Positions 11,465-23,689 of a stretch of DNA of 64,000 bases are shown in pieces. Origin of the DNA: Octopus sinensis. Its lineage: Eukaryota. Every line of letters starts with the position of its first letter. Position 1 is the first letter of the stretch. The translations under genes and the position numbers were made by a program. The notes below the pieces were generated by a model, which did no database searches, was not told where the DNA came from, and saw only the letters and a list, made by a program, of their open reading frames with translations. The stretch lies in contig NC_043009.1 in the NCBI RefSeq assembly GCF_006345805.1, positions 42,222,001 to 42,286,000 of the forward strand, in the 5' to 3' direction.

Positions 11465-11758
11465 CAGTAGTCCTATTTTTATCACGTGCTTTCACTGCAT
11501 TACCGAATGCAGCCCTGTGTGCCTTGGGTAAGTGTTGTGGTTAGCTGTTGATGCTCTTATTTTTACTGTATTGGAAGTGTTTTACGTAGGATGTGTGCGG
11601 TGTCTAGTAGTGCTATTTTCTTTATGTTATATATACCTGTAAGTCCTGGTATTTTTGTCATATATTTGCCTGAATACTTTATCATACCTAAGGCGTCTAT
11701 TATGATAGTAATTGCTTGTTTTTAAACTCCACATTCGAGTTACCTCTATTTCCAAATC

Positions 11759-11762
<4 letters not shown>
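11465..11762 (-). mobile_element. 5'-truncated Dong/R4-like non-LTR retrotransposon (RLE C-terminus plus 3' UTR) inserted in (TAA)n
   Basis: Minus strand reads KDLEIEVTRMWSLKT, then after a frameshift IIDALGMIK...KIPGLTGIYNIKKIALLDTAHILRKTLPIQ* (stop 11563-11565). (AAT)n lies on both sides in element orientation. Confidence 0.8.
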
Positions 11763-11794
<32 letters not shown>

Positions 11795-11869
11795 CATGAT
11801 TATTATTATTATTATTATTATTATGATTATTATTATCATTATTATTATTATTATTATCAATATTATTAC

Positions 11870-11916
<47 letters not shown>

Positions 11917-12194
11917 GCAGTATACTTGAATGCTGTACACCTTACCAGATATTTTTGAGTCAGTGTCCACATAAATATTACACTCCAAAAGTCGTGATGC
12001 GTTATAACTGTATTATCCAACCTGATGTAGATTAAATTGCTCTAAATCTGAGTTGCAAAATAATGGAATAATCACAAAACGAATTACTGAAAGTGCTATA
12101 TTTCCAATGCTTTTAATACGCGTGTTTCAAGATGTTGCGTAACAAATTGTTAGGCAGATTTAATCCTCTTCAGTTATTACAAGCGAAATGCATT

Positions 12195-12387
12195 AAATTC
12201 AAATCTACTTCTATATGTAGTAGACTGGCTAAGTAAAGGCGCAGGAAACCATAGAAAAAAACTTTAGAAACAAACGGAAAAAGAAAACCAAAATTCAAAT
12301 CTACTTCTATATGTAGTAGACTGGCTAAGTAAAGGTGCAGGAAACCATAGAAAAAAAACTTTAGAAACAAACGGAAAAGGAAAACCA
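12195..12387. repeat. Tandem duplication of a 96/97-bp unit
   Basis: 12195-12290 and 12291-12387 are nearly identical (two substitutions and one A-run length difference). Confidence 0.95.
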
Positions 12388-12981
12388 ATAGAAAACTTTT
12401 ATTATAGGATCTACACCTGACCCAGTCAAATTAAGAGCGTCTCTTCATAAGCATTCCTTTATTAATGAAAGCTTAAAGTTTTCTACATGAGAAACAGGAT
12501 ATTTCTACTTTGAAATCTGAGTACATTTGATATAACATTAATGATTGTAGATTCAAATGAACATTACTAAGGCGATAGATAAAGCCTCCAGATTCTGTTT
12601 ATTTGAAGCCCTCGAAATTTCATAAGCTAATAGTGTGAATTTGCAAAACAAATCTAACGAATTAATTCCAAATTATAAACATATATTAAGTTTAACGTTG
12701 CATTACCTTAGGGAAAATGGTAAATATTACTTAATTAAATCGAGATTTCTTTTCTTTTTTCTTATCCTTCTAAATTTCTTCCCAATATCTCCATTCTGCA
12801 AGTCTTTATTACGGGCTTCGCTGATTTTTTTCCTCTCTATCCTCAAGGTTTGAAATGAGGTTCCTCGTCTCCTAAATTATTACCACAAGAACATCCCAGC
12901 TTTATATTTTTTACCGTCTGCTTACTTCTTCGGAGAATACCTACCTCTTTTACATTTGTCCTTTCAAAGATCCATCTAGTG

Positions 12982-13339
12982 CAGGGGTTCTCAACCATTT
13001 TTTTAATCCATGGACCCCTTTGTTTACTGTTTTATTCTGGTGGACCTCCTTAGTCATTCGATGTTTAAAACTTCTTTCAAAATTCCTATTTTCTATTTCA
13101 TTCATTAATTTGTGTAAGTTGAACTATGTAAAATGCTAGAAAACGAAACCTAGCTGTTTTTTTTGCAATACATACCAACACATACATTTAAAATAAAAAT
13201 TTTTTCAGGGGCCCTTAGAATATTATTGTAGATACCCAATTTACTATTTTGCTGCGTAGACACCGCCCCCCCCCCCCCAAAAAAAAACAATCTTATGTGG
13301 ACCCTCAGGGGCTATATGGATCCCAGTTGAGAAGTACTG
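12982..13339. mobile_element. 358-bp hAT (Charlie-type) MITE
   Basis: Ends CAGGGGTTCTCAAC / GTTGAGAAGTACTG; 8-bp TSD ATCTAGTG (12974-12981) / GTCTAGTG (13340-13347), with the TCTAG core typical of Charlie targets. Confidence 0.88.
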
Positions 13340-13740
13340 GTCTAGTGTATACGAGCATATAAACTTAAGGATTTACCTGAATGACACTTTAACTCGACTA
13401 CTCGACACATTGACTTGACTTCACTTATATGAAAACTGCTGAAGATAACGTGTTCTTCGGTTACTTGTACTAATAGTATTTATGGTACCTATATTTCTAT
13501 CGCAATAACACTGACTGGCTCACAAATAATATCTTAAGTGTGGACTCACTTAAATGAACACCTTCTAACCGTACTTAACTATTTTCTAAGACCATTCTTG
13601 AACTTATACTTTGAGGCATTGCTCAGGAATCAGGACTATAACTGATTGAAAAATACATGCAACAATTTGAATCTCTTAATATTGTATTTTTCTGTTATGC
13701 TTTATTTGTTTATGTATATATATATATATATATATATATA

Positions 13741-14183
13741 CTCTTTTACTATTTCACTTGTTTCAGTCATTTGACTGCGGCCATGCTAGAGCACCGCCTT
13801 TGATCCTGCAACCCGACCCCGGGACTTATTCTTTTGTAAGCCCAGTACTTATTCTATCGGTCTCTTTTGCCGAACCGCTAAGTGACGGGGACATAAACAC
13901 ACCAGCATCGGTTGTCAAGCAATGCTAGGGGGACAAACACAGACACACAAACACACACACGCATATATATATATATATAATTATATATATATATAATAAT
14001 ATATATATATATACATGTATACGACGGGCTTCTTTCAGTTTCCGTCTACCAAATCCACTCACAAGGATTTGATCGGCCCGTGGCTATAGTAGAAGACACT
14101 TGCCAAGGTGCCACGCAGTGGGACTGAACCCAGAACCATGTGGCTGGTAAGCAAGCTACTTACCACACAGTCACTCCTGCGCC
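13741..14183 (-). mobile_element. SINE family A
   Basis: Full-length reverse copy with CpGs largely intact. Confidence 0.93.
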
Positions 14184-14270
<87 letters not shown>

Positions 14271-14286
14271 AATATATATATATACT

Positions 14287-14535
14287 TGGTGAAGCATGGC
14301 TTAGTGGTAAGGGTATTCGGCTCACGGTCGTGCGCTCGATTCCCAGGGCAACACACATTATTCTTTGTTCCTCCAGTCCACTCAGGTGGCAAAAACGAAC
14401 AGTACCTATGCATCAAAGGGGCAGCTTTGTCACATCCTCTGTCACGCTGACTCTCCTTGGGAACTATGTTAAGAGGATGCGTGTCTATGGAGTGCTCAGT
14501 TGATTTCACGTGCTGGCTGTTCTGTAATGGCCTTG
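14287..14535 (+). mobile_element. tRNA-derived SINE, family E (internally deleted)
   Basis: TGGCTTAGTGGTAAGG A box, CTCGATTCCC B box, followed by CCAGTCCACTCAGGTGGCAAAAA. Confidence 0.7.
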
Positions 14536-14818
14536 ACCTTCGGAGTAGGATAGGCTCACATCCCTTCCCCTCAAGCACTGATGCCTCATTCGCTTCCCCT
14601 CTTTCCATTACCCGTCTTGTATCCAGCTTCTCCCCCCGTTCCGGGCATCACCTTAATCACCGTCTCCGTCCCTTCTTTCTCTGAACTTTGCTCACCTCTG
14701 GATTTCCTCACTTAAATCTTACCAGTAATTATTGACTTAATGTTCAAGAAAAACATTAATAACATTAATTCCGGCATTCTAAGGGGTCTTGCGAGAGCTA
14801 TGAGTACTGACTCTGTTG

Positions 14819-15119
14819 TTTGTTCCTTCTCGAGCCACGCCTGGCTCATAAGGGCCGGTTTCCCGGTTTCCTTAGCGTGTAGGTTCCCCACCTGGACGAG
14901 AAGCCGGTCCGTTGCAGGTGAGGCTGCAAGATGCAGGAGGAAAGAGTGAGAGAAAGTTGTGGCGAAAGACTCAGCAGAAGTTCGCTATTACTTTCTGCCG
15001 GAGCCACGTGGAGCTTAGGTGTTTCGCTCATAAACACACGCATCGCTCGGTCTGAGATTCGAACTGGCGATCCCTCGACTGCGCGTCCGCTGCTCTAATC
15101 TCTAGGCCATGTGCCTCCA
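14819..15119 (-). mobile_element. tRNA-derived SINE, family C short form, with 13-bp TSD
   Basis: TSD ACTGACTCTGTTG at 14806-14818 and 15120-15132; homolog at 17047-17349. Confidence 0.93.
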
Positions 15120-15787
15120 ACTGACTCTGTTGCCAGTCCTTGCAAATAAAAAACAGCAATCTGCCATGTACATGAGCTTATTTTAATCTATTGTCCCATA
15201 CTAAATTGCATTTGTGTTACAATTAAAGTACAATGCACCCAATCACACACACACATCGACAAGCTTCAAATATCTCGTAATTAACTTATCCAGTTGTAAT
15301 TATATCATGTAATATATCTTGTAATTAACTTCGCCAATCTTGTAATTAAATAAATCTCTTGATGCAGAAATCGTTGCATAAATAAGAGAAGCATCTGTTA
15401 ACTTTGGGAAATGACATACTCTTGATAATGCACAGGATAATTAACAGTTTCATCAAATAAAAGAGACGTAATGTTAATGAGACTCGAGTTTTCAAAGTGT
15501 TCTGACACGGTATAGAGAGATATGGACAGCGTATTATTAGCAGCAGAACAAACTCGAAGTATCACAGCTCCGCGAGTATCTGTTAGATGTATTTGGAGGT
15601 GAGTTTGGTAGATTCATTAGAGCAACGCTTAAAATGATTTGCTGTATTCTTTACGGCTATCTCTGCTCTGAGTTTAAATCGCATCGTGTTTGACTTTGTC
15701 TTTGTTTTCTCTTACGAGATCAATAGATAAAGTATCAATACCGTGATCAATTATTCTACACCCTCCCTTTGTTTCTGTCTCTGTCTC

Positions 15788-15818
<31 letters not shown>

Positions 15819-16112
15819 TTCTTTCTTACACATACACACACTTTTCATTCTGTCGTTGGAAGAATTTGGTTGTGTCCATCAGATCGAAAGAGAAATGAGG
15901 ACCACTGAACATGAAATGACCAAGTTATGTTGTGTTCCAAGATGGGTACCCTACAGAATGACCGAAGGAAAACATGAAGATATTTTCGGTCTCACCTGGT
16001 GGAACCATATATTAATATATTAAATAAATAGAGATTTAATTACTGCAGGTAGGTTGTTCCGTGATGATCTGCAGCAGGTATACACACACACACGCATATG
16101 TATATGTACATG

Positions 16113-16200
<88 letters not shown>

Positions 16201-16205
16201 TATAC

Positions 16206-16548
16206 AGGTAAGGTAAAGGTGAAGATAACAACCCCCTTCGGTCATGAATGACCATGAGATTGCACCCAGAAAGTTACCCTCCAAGGCACGAGTCCAGACA
16301 AGGTTGTTTATGGAAGACCACCAGTCACCCATGCATACCAGCCTCACCTCTCCATGCCACCGATGTTATCCAAGGGACAGGCAAAGCCTGATACAGTTTG
16401 GCACCTAGTGACGTCACAACTCATTTCTACAGCTGAGTGAACTGGGACAACGTGAAATAAAGTGTCTTGCTCATGAACACAACACATAGCCCAGTCCGTG
16501 AATCGAACTCACTAACTCATGACTGCGAACTCGGCGCTCTAGCCAAAG
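16206..16548 (-). mobile_element. tRNA-derived SINE, family F
   Basis: Reverse complement has GAGTTCGATTC B box, then GTGTTCATGAGCAAGACACTTTATTTCACGTTG; (CCTTA)-type tail. Confidence 0.75.
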
Positions 16549-17046
16549 ACCCGTGTGTATGTGTGTGTGCGTGTATGTGTGTGTGTGTGTGAGTGCGTGT
16601 GTGTGTGTGTGTTTGGTGTGTGTGTGTGTGTGTGTGTTTATGTGTGTGTGTGTGTTGTATGTGTGTTTGTGTGTATGTGTGTGTGTTTGTGTGTGTGTGT
16701 GCGTGTGTGCTTGTGTTTGTGTGTGTGTTTGTACTTGTATGTGCTATGGATACTTGGCAATGGACATGAATCGGCAACTGAAACCGTTAGCGCGTGAAAT
16801 AATAGAGGACCTAAACCTCTACCACGAGCTTCAGTTCCATGAGAATAGCAGAAAGTAGCCTATAAAATCCAGCTTTGAACTGCATATTGAAAGGCATAAT
16901 AAATATAAGATTCTAATATCATATTGTTTATTTTATAGTCAGGAATGCATACAGAGCTTATGACTTTTTACAAGGCCTTCAAGACTGGATGGAGGAGGCG
17001 GAAGATATCCTTAAATTGGACTCCTGGTCCCAAATGCTTGCAACAT

Positions 17047-17349
17047 GATGTTTGTTCCTTCTCGAGCCATGCCTGGCTCATAAGGGCCGGTTTCCCGGTT
17101 TCTTTGGTGTATAGGTTCCCCACCTGGACGGGACGCCAGTCCGTCGCAGGTGAGCTGCAAGATGCAGGAGGAAAGAGTGAGAGTGAAAGTTGTGGCGAAA
17201 GAGTCAGCAGTTCACCATTACCTTCTGCCGGACCCGCGTGGAGCTTAAGTGTTTCACTCATAAACACACACATCGCCCGGTCTGAGATTCGAACCCGCGA
17301 TCCCTCAACCGCGAGTCCGCTGCTCTAACCACTAGGCCATGTGCCTACA
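17047..17349 (-). mobile_element. SINE family C short form with 10-bp TSD
   Basis: TSD CTTGCAACAT at 17037-17046 and 17350-17359. Confidence 0.93.
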
Positions 17350-17685
17350 CTTGCAACATAAAAGGCCACACTAAACGGGCCCAAGGTTTCAGGTTGCGGC
17401 ACTAAAAAAAACTGAAAGCGGGTGACGAATTATGTCTACCACCCAGTGAAATTGAAGAGACGTGCCATAGAGTAATGTGTTGCTCGTGATAAAACCATTG
17501 ATATTTTCTTTCCGTTTGTGATTTATATGGATGTGTGTGTGTGCGCGCGTGTATATGTGTGTGTATGTGCGTGTACATATGTAAACGGTCGTATTCTACA
17601 ATGTTTTGGGGGTAGCTTTTCGTAAGGAATTTAGAATGTGAAATGTGGAAAGAGTATCGCATACAGAAGTATGAAGAATAAAAGG

Positions 17686-17915
17686 TCGGTGAGCTGCTGG
17701 CAGAAACGTTAGCACGCCGGGCGAAATGCGTAGCCGTATTTCGTCTGCCGTTACGTTCTGAGTTCAAATCCCACCAAGGTCGACTTTGCCTTTCATCCTT
17801 TCGGGGTCGATTAAATACGTACCAGTTACGCACTGGGCTCGATATAATCGACTTAATCCATTTGTCTGTCCTTGTTTGTCCCCTCTGTGTGTAGCCCCTT
17901 GTGGGCAGTAAAGAA
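17686..17915 (+). mobile_element. SINE family B
   Basis: Near-identical to the reverse complement of 6295-6527. Confidence 0.92.
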
Positions 17916-17924
17916 CTATCGTTT

Positions 17925-18311
17925 GTCTTTTACTTATTTCAATCTTTAATTGCGGTCATGCTGGGGCACTGTATTGAAGAATTTTATTCGAATGAATCAA
18001 ACCCAGTACTGTTTTTCTAAGCCTGGTACTTATTCTATCGCTTACTTTTGCCGAACCGCTAAGTTACGGGGACATAAGCAGACCAACACCGGTTGTCAAG
18101 CGGTGGTGGGGGAGACAAACACAGACACAAATACACACGTAGATATATACGTAGACGACTGGCTTCTTTCAGTTTCCATCTACCAAATCCACTCGCAAGC
18201 TTTGGTCGGCCCGAACCAATAGTATAAGATATTGGCCCAGGGCGTCACGCGGTGGAACTGAACCCAGATTGAGAAGCAAACTTCTTACCAAACAGCTACT
18301 CCTGCTCCTGT
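17925..18311 (-). mobile_element. SINE family A (older copy)
   Basis: Homology across head, core and tail. Confidence 0.85.
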
Positions 18312-19055
18312 AAGTAGAAGTATATAAAACTAAACAGAAATACATAGAAGTTTGAAGAAGTGTAGTATCGTATACATCTGGAATTAACCAAAGAAAAGGG
18401 AAAAACAGACGCAACTTAATAACTAGGAATTACATTTCAGGTGTAAAGTATTACGTTTCATGCTTTATGGCCCAAAATCCATCTCTTGAGAGCTTTGAGA
18501 ATTTTTATTCTCCTGGGTGCACTTGACTAATATGGAGACTAATGTGTATAAAATGAGTAACAATAATATATATTATAAGTAGCAATGATGATTAAATACC
18601 CAAATTCATTAGAGAACAGAAAAATTTGTCCTCATCACCAGCTTGGAGTTACATTGAAACAAACAGCAATTATGAGTTCAGCAGCAGCAGAAGTAACGGT
18701 GGTGGTGGTATTGGTGGTGGTGGTGGTGGTAGTGCTGGTGGTGGTGGAAGTGGTGGTGGTGGTGGTCTTGGTGGTGGTGGTAGAATTTCACGCTTATTTC
18801 TCCCTGCTTGCAACAGATCAGACGGAGTTTATTTTGTAGCAGATTTTCTATGGCTGGATGCCCTCCATCCATGCTGTCAATCCTTACCTTTATTTCCTAG
18901 GGAAGTAATATTTCCGTATGGTCAGACAACAAGTTTGTCACGGAAGGCAGGAAAGGACGAAGGTCACTTGTATGATAATGATCCTTCTTTAAAGTATTCA
19001 AACGATGTCAAGATAAGGGAACACACACAAACACACATAGATGTGTTTTATATAC

Positions 19056-19338
19056 AGGTGCCTGCATGGCTGTGTGGTAAGAAGTTGCTTCCCAACTACA
19101 TGGTTCCGGGTTCAGTACCACTGCGTGGAACCTTGGGCAAATGTCTTCTACTATGGCATCGGCCAAGCAAACCCTTGTGAGTGGATTTGATAGACGGAAA
19201 CTGAAAGAAGCCTGTCGTATATCTTCTATATATATATATAAATATAAAGAATCAGTACGAGGCTTTAAAATAAAAATGGGGTTGATTGAAAGCGGTGCCC
19301 CAGCATGGTCGTTGTGTAATAGCTGAAATAAGTAAAAG
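19056..19338 (+). mobile_element. SINE family A, internally deleted
   Basis: Head and core present, then a jump to the GCGGTGCCCCAGCATGG tail. Confidence 0.8.
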
Positions 19339-19661
19339 GTATATTTATATTATGCGCCCACTCATGTATGTACACATATACACACACTAAAGCCTCCGTC
19401 CACGAAATCCACTCACAAAACTTAGGTCGACCCCAAGTTGCAGACGACGTTTGACCAAAGTGCTAAACTGTGGGTTAGAATCTATAACCTCGCGGTTGGG
19501 AGCGAAACGTCTGGGTCTATTTCTAAATAGTATAATACTATAATTCTATTTCTTTTCTTTTCTCACCTTCATTTGGAAATAAAAGCGATAACATTCATAA
19601 GAACTAAGAAATTAATAAAATCTTCGACAATCATAAATTTTCGTTCTTCTTATTCCTTATA

Positions 19662-21245
19662 ACCTCCGCCAAGGAAGGAGGTTATGCTTTCATCGGCGTT
19701 GATTTATCCGTCTGTCCGTCTGTGTGCAAAATAACTAAAAGATTGTGGACGGTATTTGATGAAACTTGCAGAAAAAGTTGGTAATAACACAAGGAACAGA
19801 TGATAAAATTTTGGTACTGATCTGGGAATTTTTATGGATTCTTGAAGGATTTTTCATTTATTATATTTGCTTTACATGAAGTATTACAATATTACGTTCT
19901 TTTATTATCTCCCTTGAAAACACGTTCATCGTTTCCACGTAACCTATGATGGCGTTGCTGTTTCCAAAGTCTATTTTCGTTTCTCTATTAGTAATTTTAC
20001 CTGCTTATCTATCTTAAAATGAGCTGCTTGGCGGAGGTCTTCGCACTCCGAGTGGTTTTCTAGTTCCTTATTTTATTTTCCAATCTCAACTAATGACCCT
20101 GATATTGGTAGTGATCCGGGAGTTTTTATGGATTCTTGAAGGATTTTTCATTTGTTATATTTACTTTACATGAAGTATTACAATATTACGTTCTTTGATT
20201 ATCTCCCTTGAAGACACGTTCATCGTTTCCACGTAACCTATGGTGGCGTTGCTGTTTACAAAGTTTATTTTCGTTTCTCTATTAGTAAATTTACTCGCGT
20301 ATCTATCTAAAAATGAAATGCTTGGCGGAGGTCTGCGCTCTCCGAGTGGCTTTCTAGATCCTTATTTTATTTTCCAATCTCAGCTAATCACCCAAATGTT
20401 GGTAGTGATCCGGGAGTTTTTATGGATTCTTGAAGGATTTTTCATTTGTCATATTTACTTTACATGAAGTATTACGTTACGTTCTTTTATTATCTCCCTT
20501 GAAAACATGTTCATCATTTCCACGTAACCTATGGTGGCGTTGCTGTTTACAAAGTTTATTTTCGTTTCTCTATTAGTAAATTTACTCGCGTATCTATCTT
20601 AAAATGAAATGCTTGGCGGAGGTCTGCGCTCTCCGAGTGGTTTTCTAGATCCTTACTTTATTTTCCAATCTCAATTAATCACCCAAATGTTGGTAGTGAT
20701 CCGGGAGTGTTTATGGATTCTTGAAGGATTTTTCATTTGTTATATTTACCTTACATGAAGTATTACAATGTTACATTCTTTGATTATCTCCCTTGAAAAC
20801 ACGTTCATCGTTTCCACGTAACCTATGGTGGCGTTGCTGTTTACAAAGTTTATTTTCGTTTCTCTATTAGTAAATTTACTCGCGTATCTATCTAAAAATG
20901 AAATGCTTGGCTTGGCGGAGGTCTGCGCTCTCCGAGTGGCTTTCTAGTTCCTTATTTTATTTTCCAATCTCAACTAATGACCCTGATATTGGTAGTGATC
21001 CGGGAGTTTTTATGGATTCTTGAAGGATTTTTCATTTGTTATATTTGCTTTACATGAAGTATTACAATGTTATGTTCTTTTATTATCTCCCTTGAAAACA
21101 CGTTCATCGTTTCCACGTAACCTATGGTGGCGTTGCTGTTTCCAAAGTTTATTTTCGTTTCTCTATTAGTAAATTTACTCGCGTATCTATCTAAAAATGA
21201 AATGCTTGGCGGAGGTCTGCGCTCTCCGAGTGGCCTTTTAGTTCC
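19662..21245 (+). mobile_element. Helentron-associated non-autonomous element (HINE/DINE-1-like) with 5 tandem copies of its 3' part
   Basis: 5' ACCTCCGCCAAG subTIR with hairpin ACCTCC..GGAGGT and TCCGTCTGTCCGTCTGT microsatellite. Each unit ends CTTGGCGGAGGT (inverse subTIR), CTGCGCTCTCCGAGTGG, TTTCTAG. Unit anchors CTTGAAGG at 19841, 20135, 20429, 20720, 21019. Confidence 0.8.
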
Positions 21246-21797
21246 TTATTTTATTTTCCAATCTTGACTAATCACCCAGAAAAAATTGAAAAAAATTCTC
21301 CCTTAGTAATATAATATTTCCTCCGATGTGATCCGCAATAGTAAAATATGCAACTATTTTCACTTCTGTGTTATTCCACTAAAAATATATCATTGACAAA
21401 ATATCACATCTGTTCTAATTTATATTATTTTATTTTAATTTAGCTTTTTGTGTTTATTTATTTGTTTTGTTTGTTTCTCTTATTTCACAATTAGAAATTC
21501 CCTGGGGACATCATTTTCCAATATTTTTAAGGATAAAAGCTACAACATTTGAAATATTAAGTTCAAGAGAAATATTAGCGATAAGCGAGAGAGAGAGAGA
21601 GGGGGAGGGCGTAGAAAGAGGGAGAAATAGTGAGAGAGGGGTAAAAGAAATTACTTTTATGTCTAAGTATTTGACATCTTAAACTCAGTAGAAAAATACA
21701 CTGTTGGGTTGGAATGGATATGTGTGTGTGCGCGTGCGCGTGTATATATCTATTTAAACATATTCATATTTACATATACACAAACGCATACACACAC

Positions 21798-21840
<43 letters not shown>

Positions 21841-21941
21841 CATACATAAATGTATGTAAATGAGAGTGATGTTAATATGTTTGTGAGCAAATTCAAACAT
21901 TAGGCTACCCAAAATTAATTCCATGGAATCCAAAATTGTTG

Positions 21942-22003
<62 letters not shown>

Positions 22004-22079
22004 GTTATTGCTATTATTACTACTACTAATTTCATTATTAACATCATCATCATCATCATTATCATCATGAGTATTATTA

Positions 22080-22129
<50 letters not shown>

Positions 22130-22483
22130 GTTGTTGTTGTTGTTGTTGGTGTTGTTGTTGTTGTGGTTACTACTATTAAAAAAGGAGGGTGAGTAAAAAG
22201 AAAGAAAGAAAGAAAGAAGTAGTAAACAGTGAGAGAAAGGGTGTGAAAATGGGTATGGTGGGGGAGAGGAAGGGGGTTATCACTGAGTAAAATGGAAAAT
22301 GCATATTAAACCCAACTGTAGAGAGCGTATTTTGTTGTATATTAATGAAAATTCCAGTTTACGGTAGGATCATCGAAGTAAAGAATGATTGTTGATAAAA
22401 TAGATTAATAAAATAGAAGGACTATATATCTGTTTATACGGTGACCATATAAATATCGTACCCTCTTGTCTAAATGTTATATA

Positions 22484-22532
<49 letters not shown>

Positions 22533-22722
22533 GTAAATGTCGAACAATGAGAATGAGTGCTCAACACTGCGTTGGTGGATAAAATTTCTATATTTGTATA
22601 TTACGGTTACAATTAGTTTCATGTTAAGAAAAGTATCCTAATATCTTCCTGAATTTTTAAGCCATTGACACGGAGGGATGGTGTTCACCTCCTTTTTGGA
22701 TGCAAACACGAAAGATATGTAC

Positions 22723-22792
<70 letters not shown>

Positions 22793-23689
22793 GCATACGT
22801 ACCTACAAACAAACGCACTAACATACATATATACATACGCAGTCACGCAATATATATATATAGTAATAGGTAAGTACGATCCATGGATTCATGTGTAGGA
22901 AGTTAGTAAGCTTCGAGATTGCATGCTGTACAAATGTATAGCATAGATTACTAAAAGCGAACACAATACGATAAAATTAGTTTTTTTTAACCGCCTTTAG
23001 TTTGACACTTAATCCCATATTGAAACCAAAGGAAGCTTCGATAAGCTGACAGTCACCATGTAACTCCCGGTTTAGCAACTAAAGTTGCTAAGAATGCATA
23101 TAAAAATCTGGCAATGTAAAGAATGGGACAGATAAGATACGGACTATGAACGTTTCATTGCTAAAGCGATGATTGTTACATAACTTGCAACATACATAGA
23201 AACAGCTTAGCTAATCTTCAGGTTGTATTAACTGTAAGTTGTTTACACTGTGGCGTAGAGACGAACAAATGAATTATCAAACTGGTCATATCGTGAACGA
23301 AAAGTTCAAATAAGAATAAAAAGCCGAAGCCAAATGACCAATAAAAATAATAGTTAGCGAATAGATCTCTCCAAAAGGAACAAGATAGAGGTGTTTATAA
23401 AAGTCATTAAGTCAAGGAAAAGGATTCTAGGTAGAGGGACAGAGGACGTGGAGAGGACTGACAATAAAATTCTTTCACACTTAGGCATCGTGGAGATTGT
23501 ATGTGACAAGTAACACATACCCACATGCTCTTGCATCACCTTAAATGTAATATATGTATAGTATTGAAAATGTGTATATAGGCATGTATGTATGCATGTA
23601 AGTTTACAATGTGTATGTATATGTGTGTGGATGCATGTGCATACACATATGTTCGTGAGTGTGGGTATGCGTATATGCATATAAACATA

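Larger units (their letters stand above)
10734..17048 (+). pseudogene. Candidate multi-exon gene or pseudogene of unknown product (putative exons 10734-10882, 15541-15598, 16749-16854, 16943-17048)
   Basis: Four stop-free, non-repetitive blocks join in frame. Splice sites: TCTTCTTCAG| at 10733, |GTAAGC at 10883, TTATTAG| at 15540, |GTGAGT at 15599, |GTAGCC at 16855, TTTTATAGTCAG| at 16942. The acceptor at 16748 is TG, not AG. No homolog recognised. Confidence 0.3.

Noticed and set aside
15368-15540. Stop-codon readthrough, alternative genetic code or editing-rescued exon (in-frame TAA/TGA/TAG upstream of 15541)
   Set aside because: Seven stops in 77 codons is about the random expectation at this AT content, so there is no evidence of coding.
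15860-16010. ORF ...TKLCCVPRWVPYRMTE... as a host exon
   Set aside because: It resembles a mariner WVPHEL-region relic at best and is too short and degenerate to call.
18626-19180. 184-aa Gly-rich ORF
   Set aside because: It is a composite of a (GGT)n microsatellite, an RTE-related repeat and a SINE head.
19812-21290. Possible CRISPR array or coding repeat
   Set aside because: The units are about 295 bp, near-identical along their length and end in Helentron-type termini.
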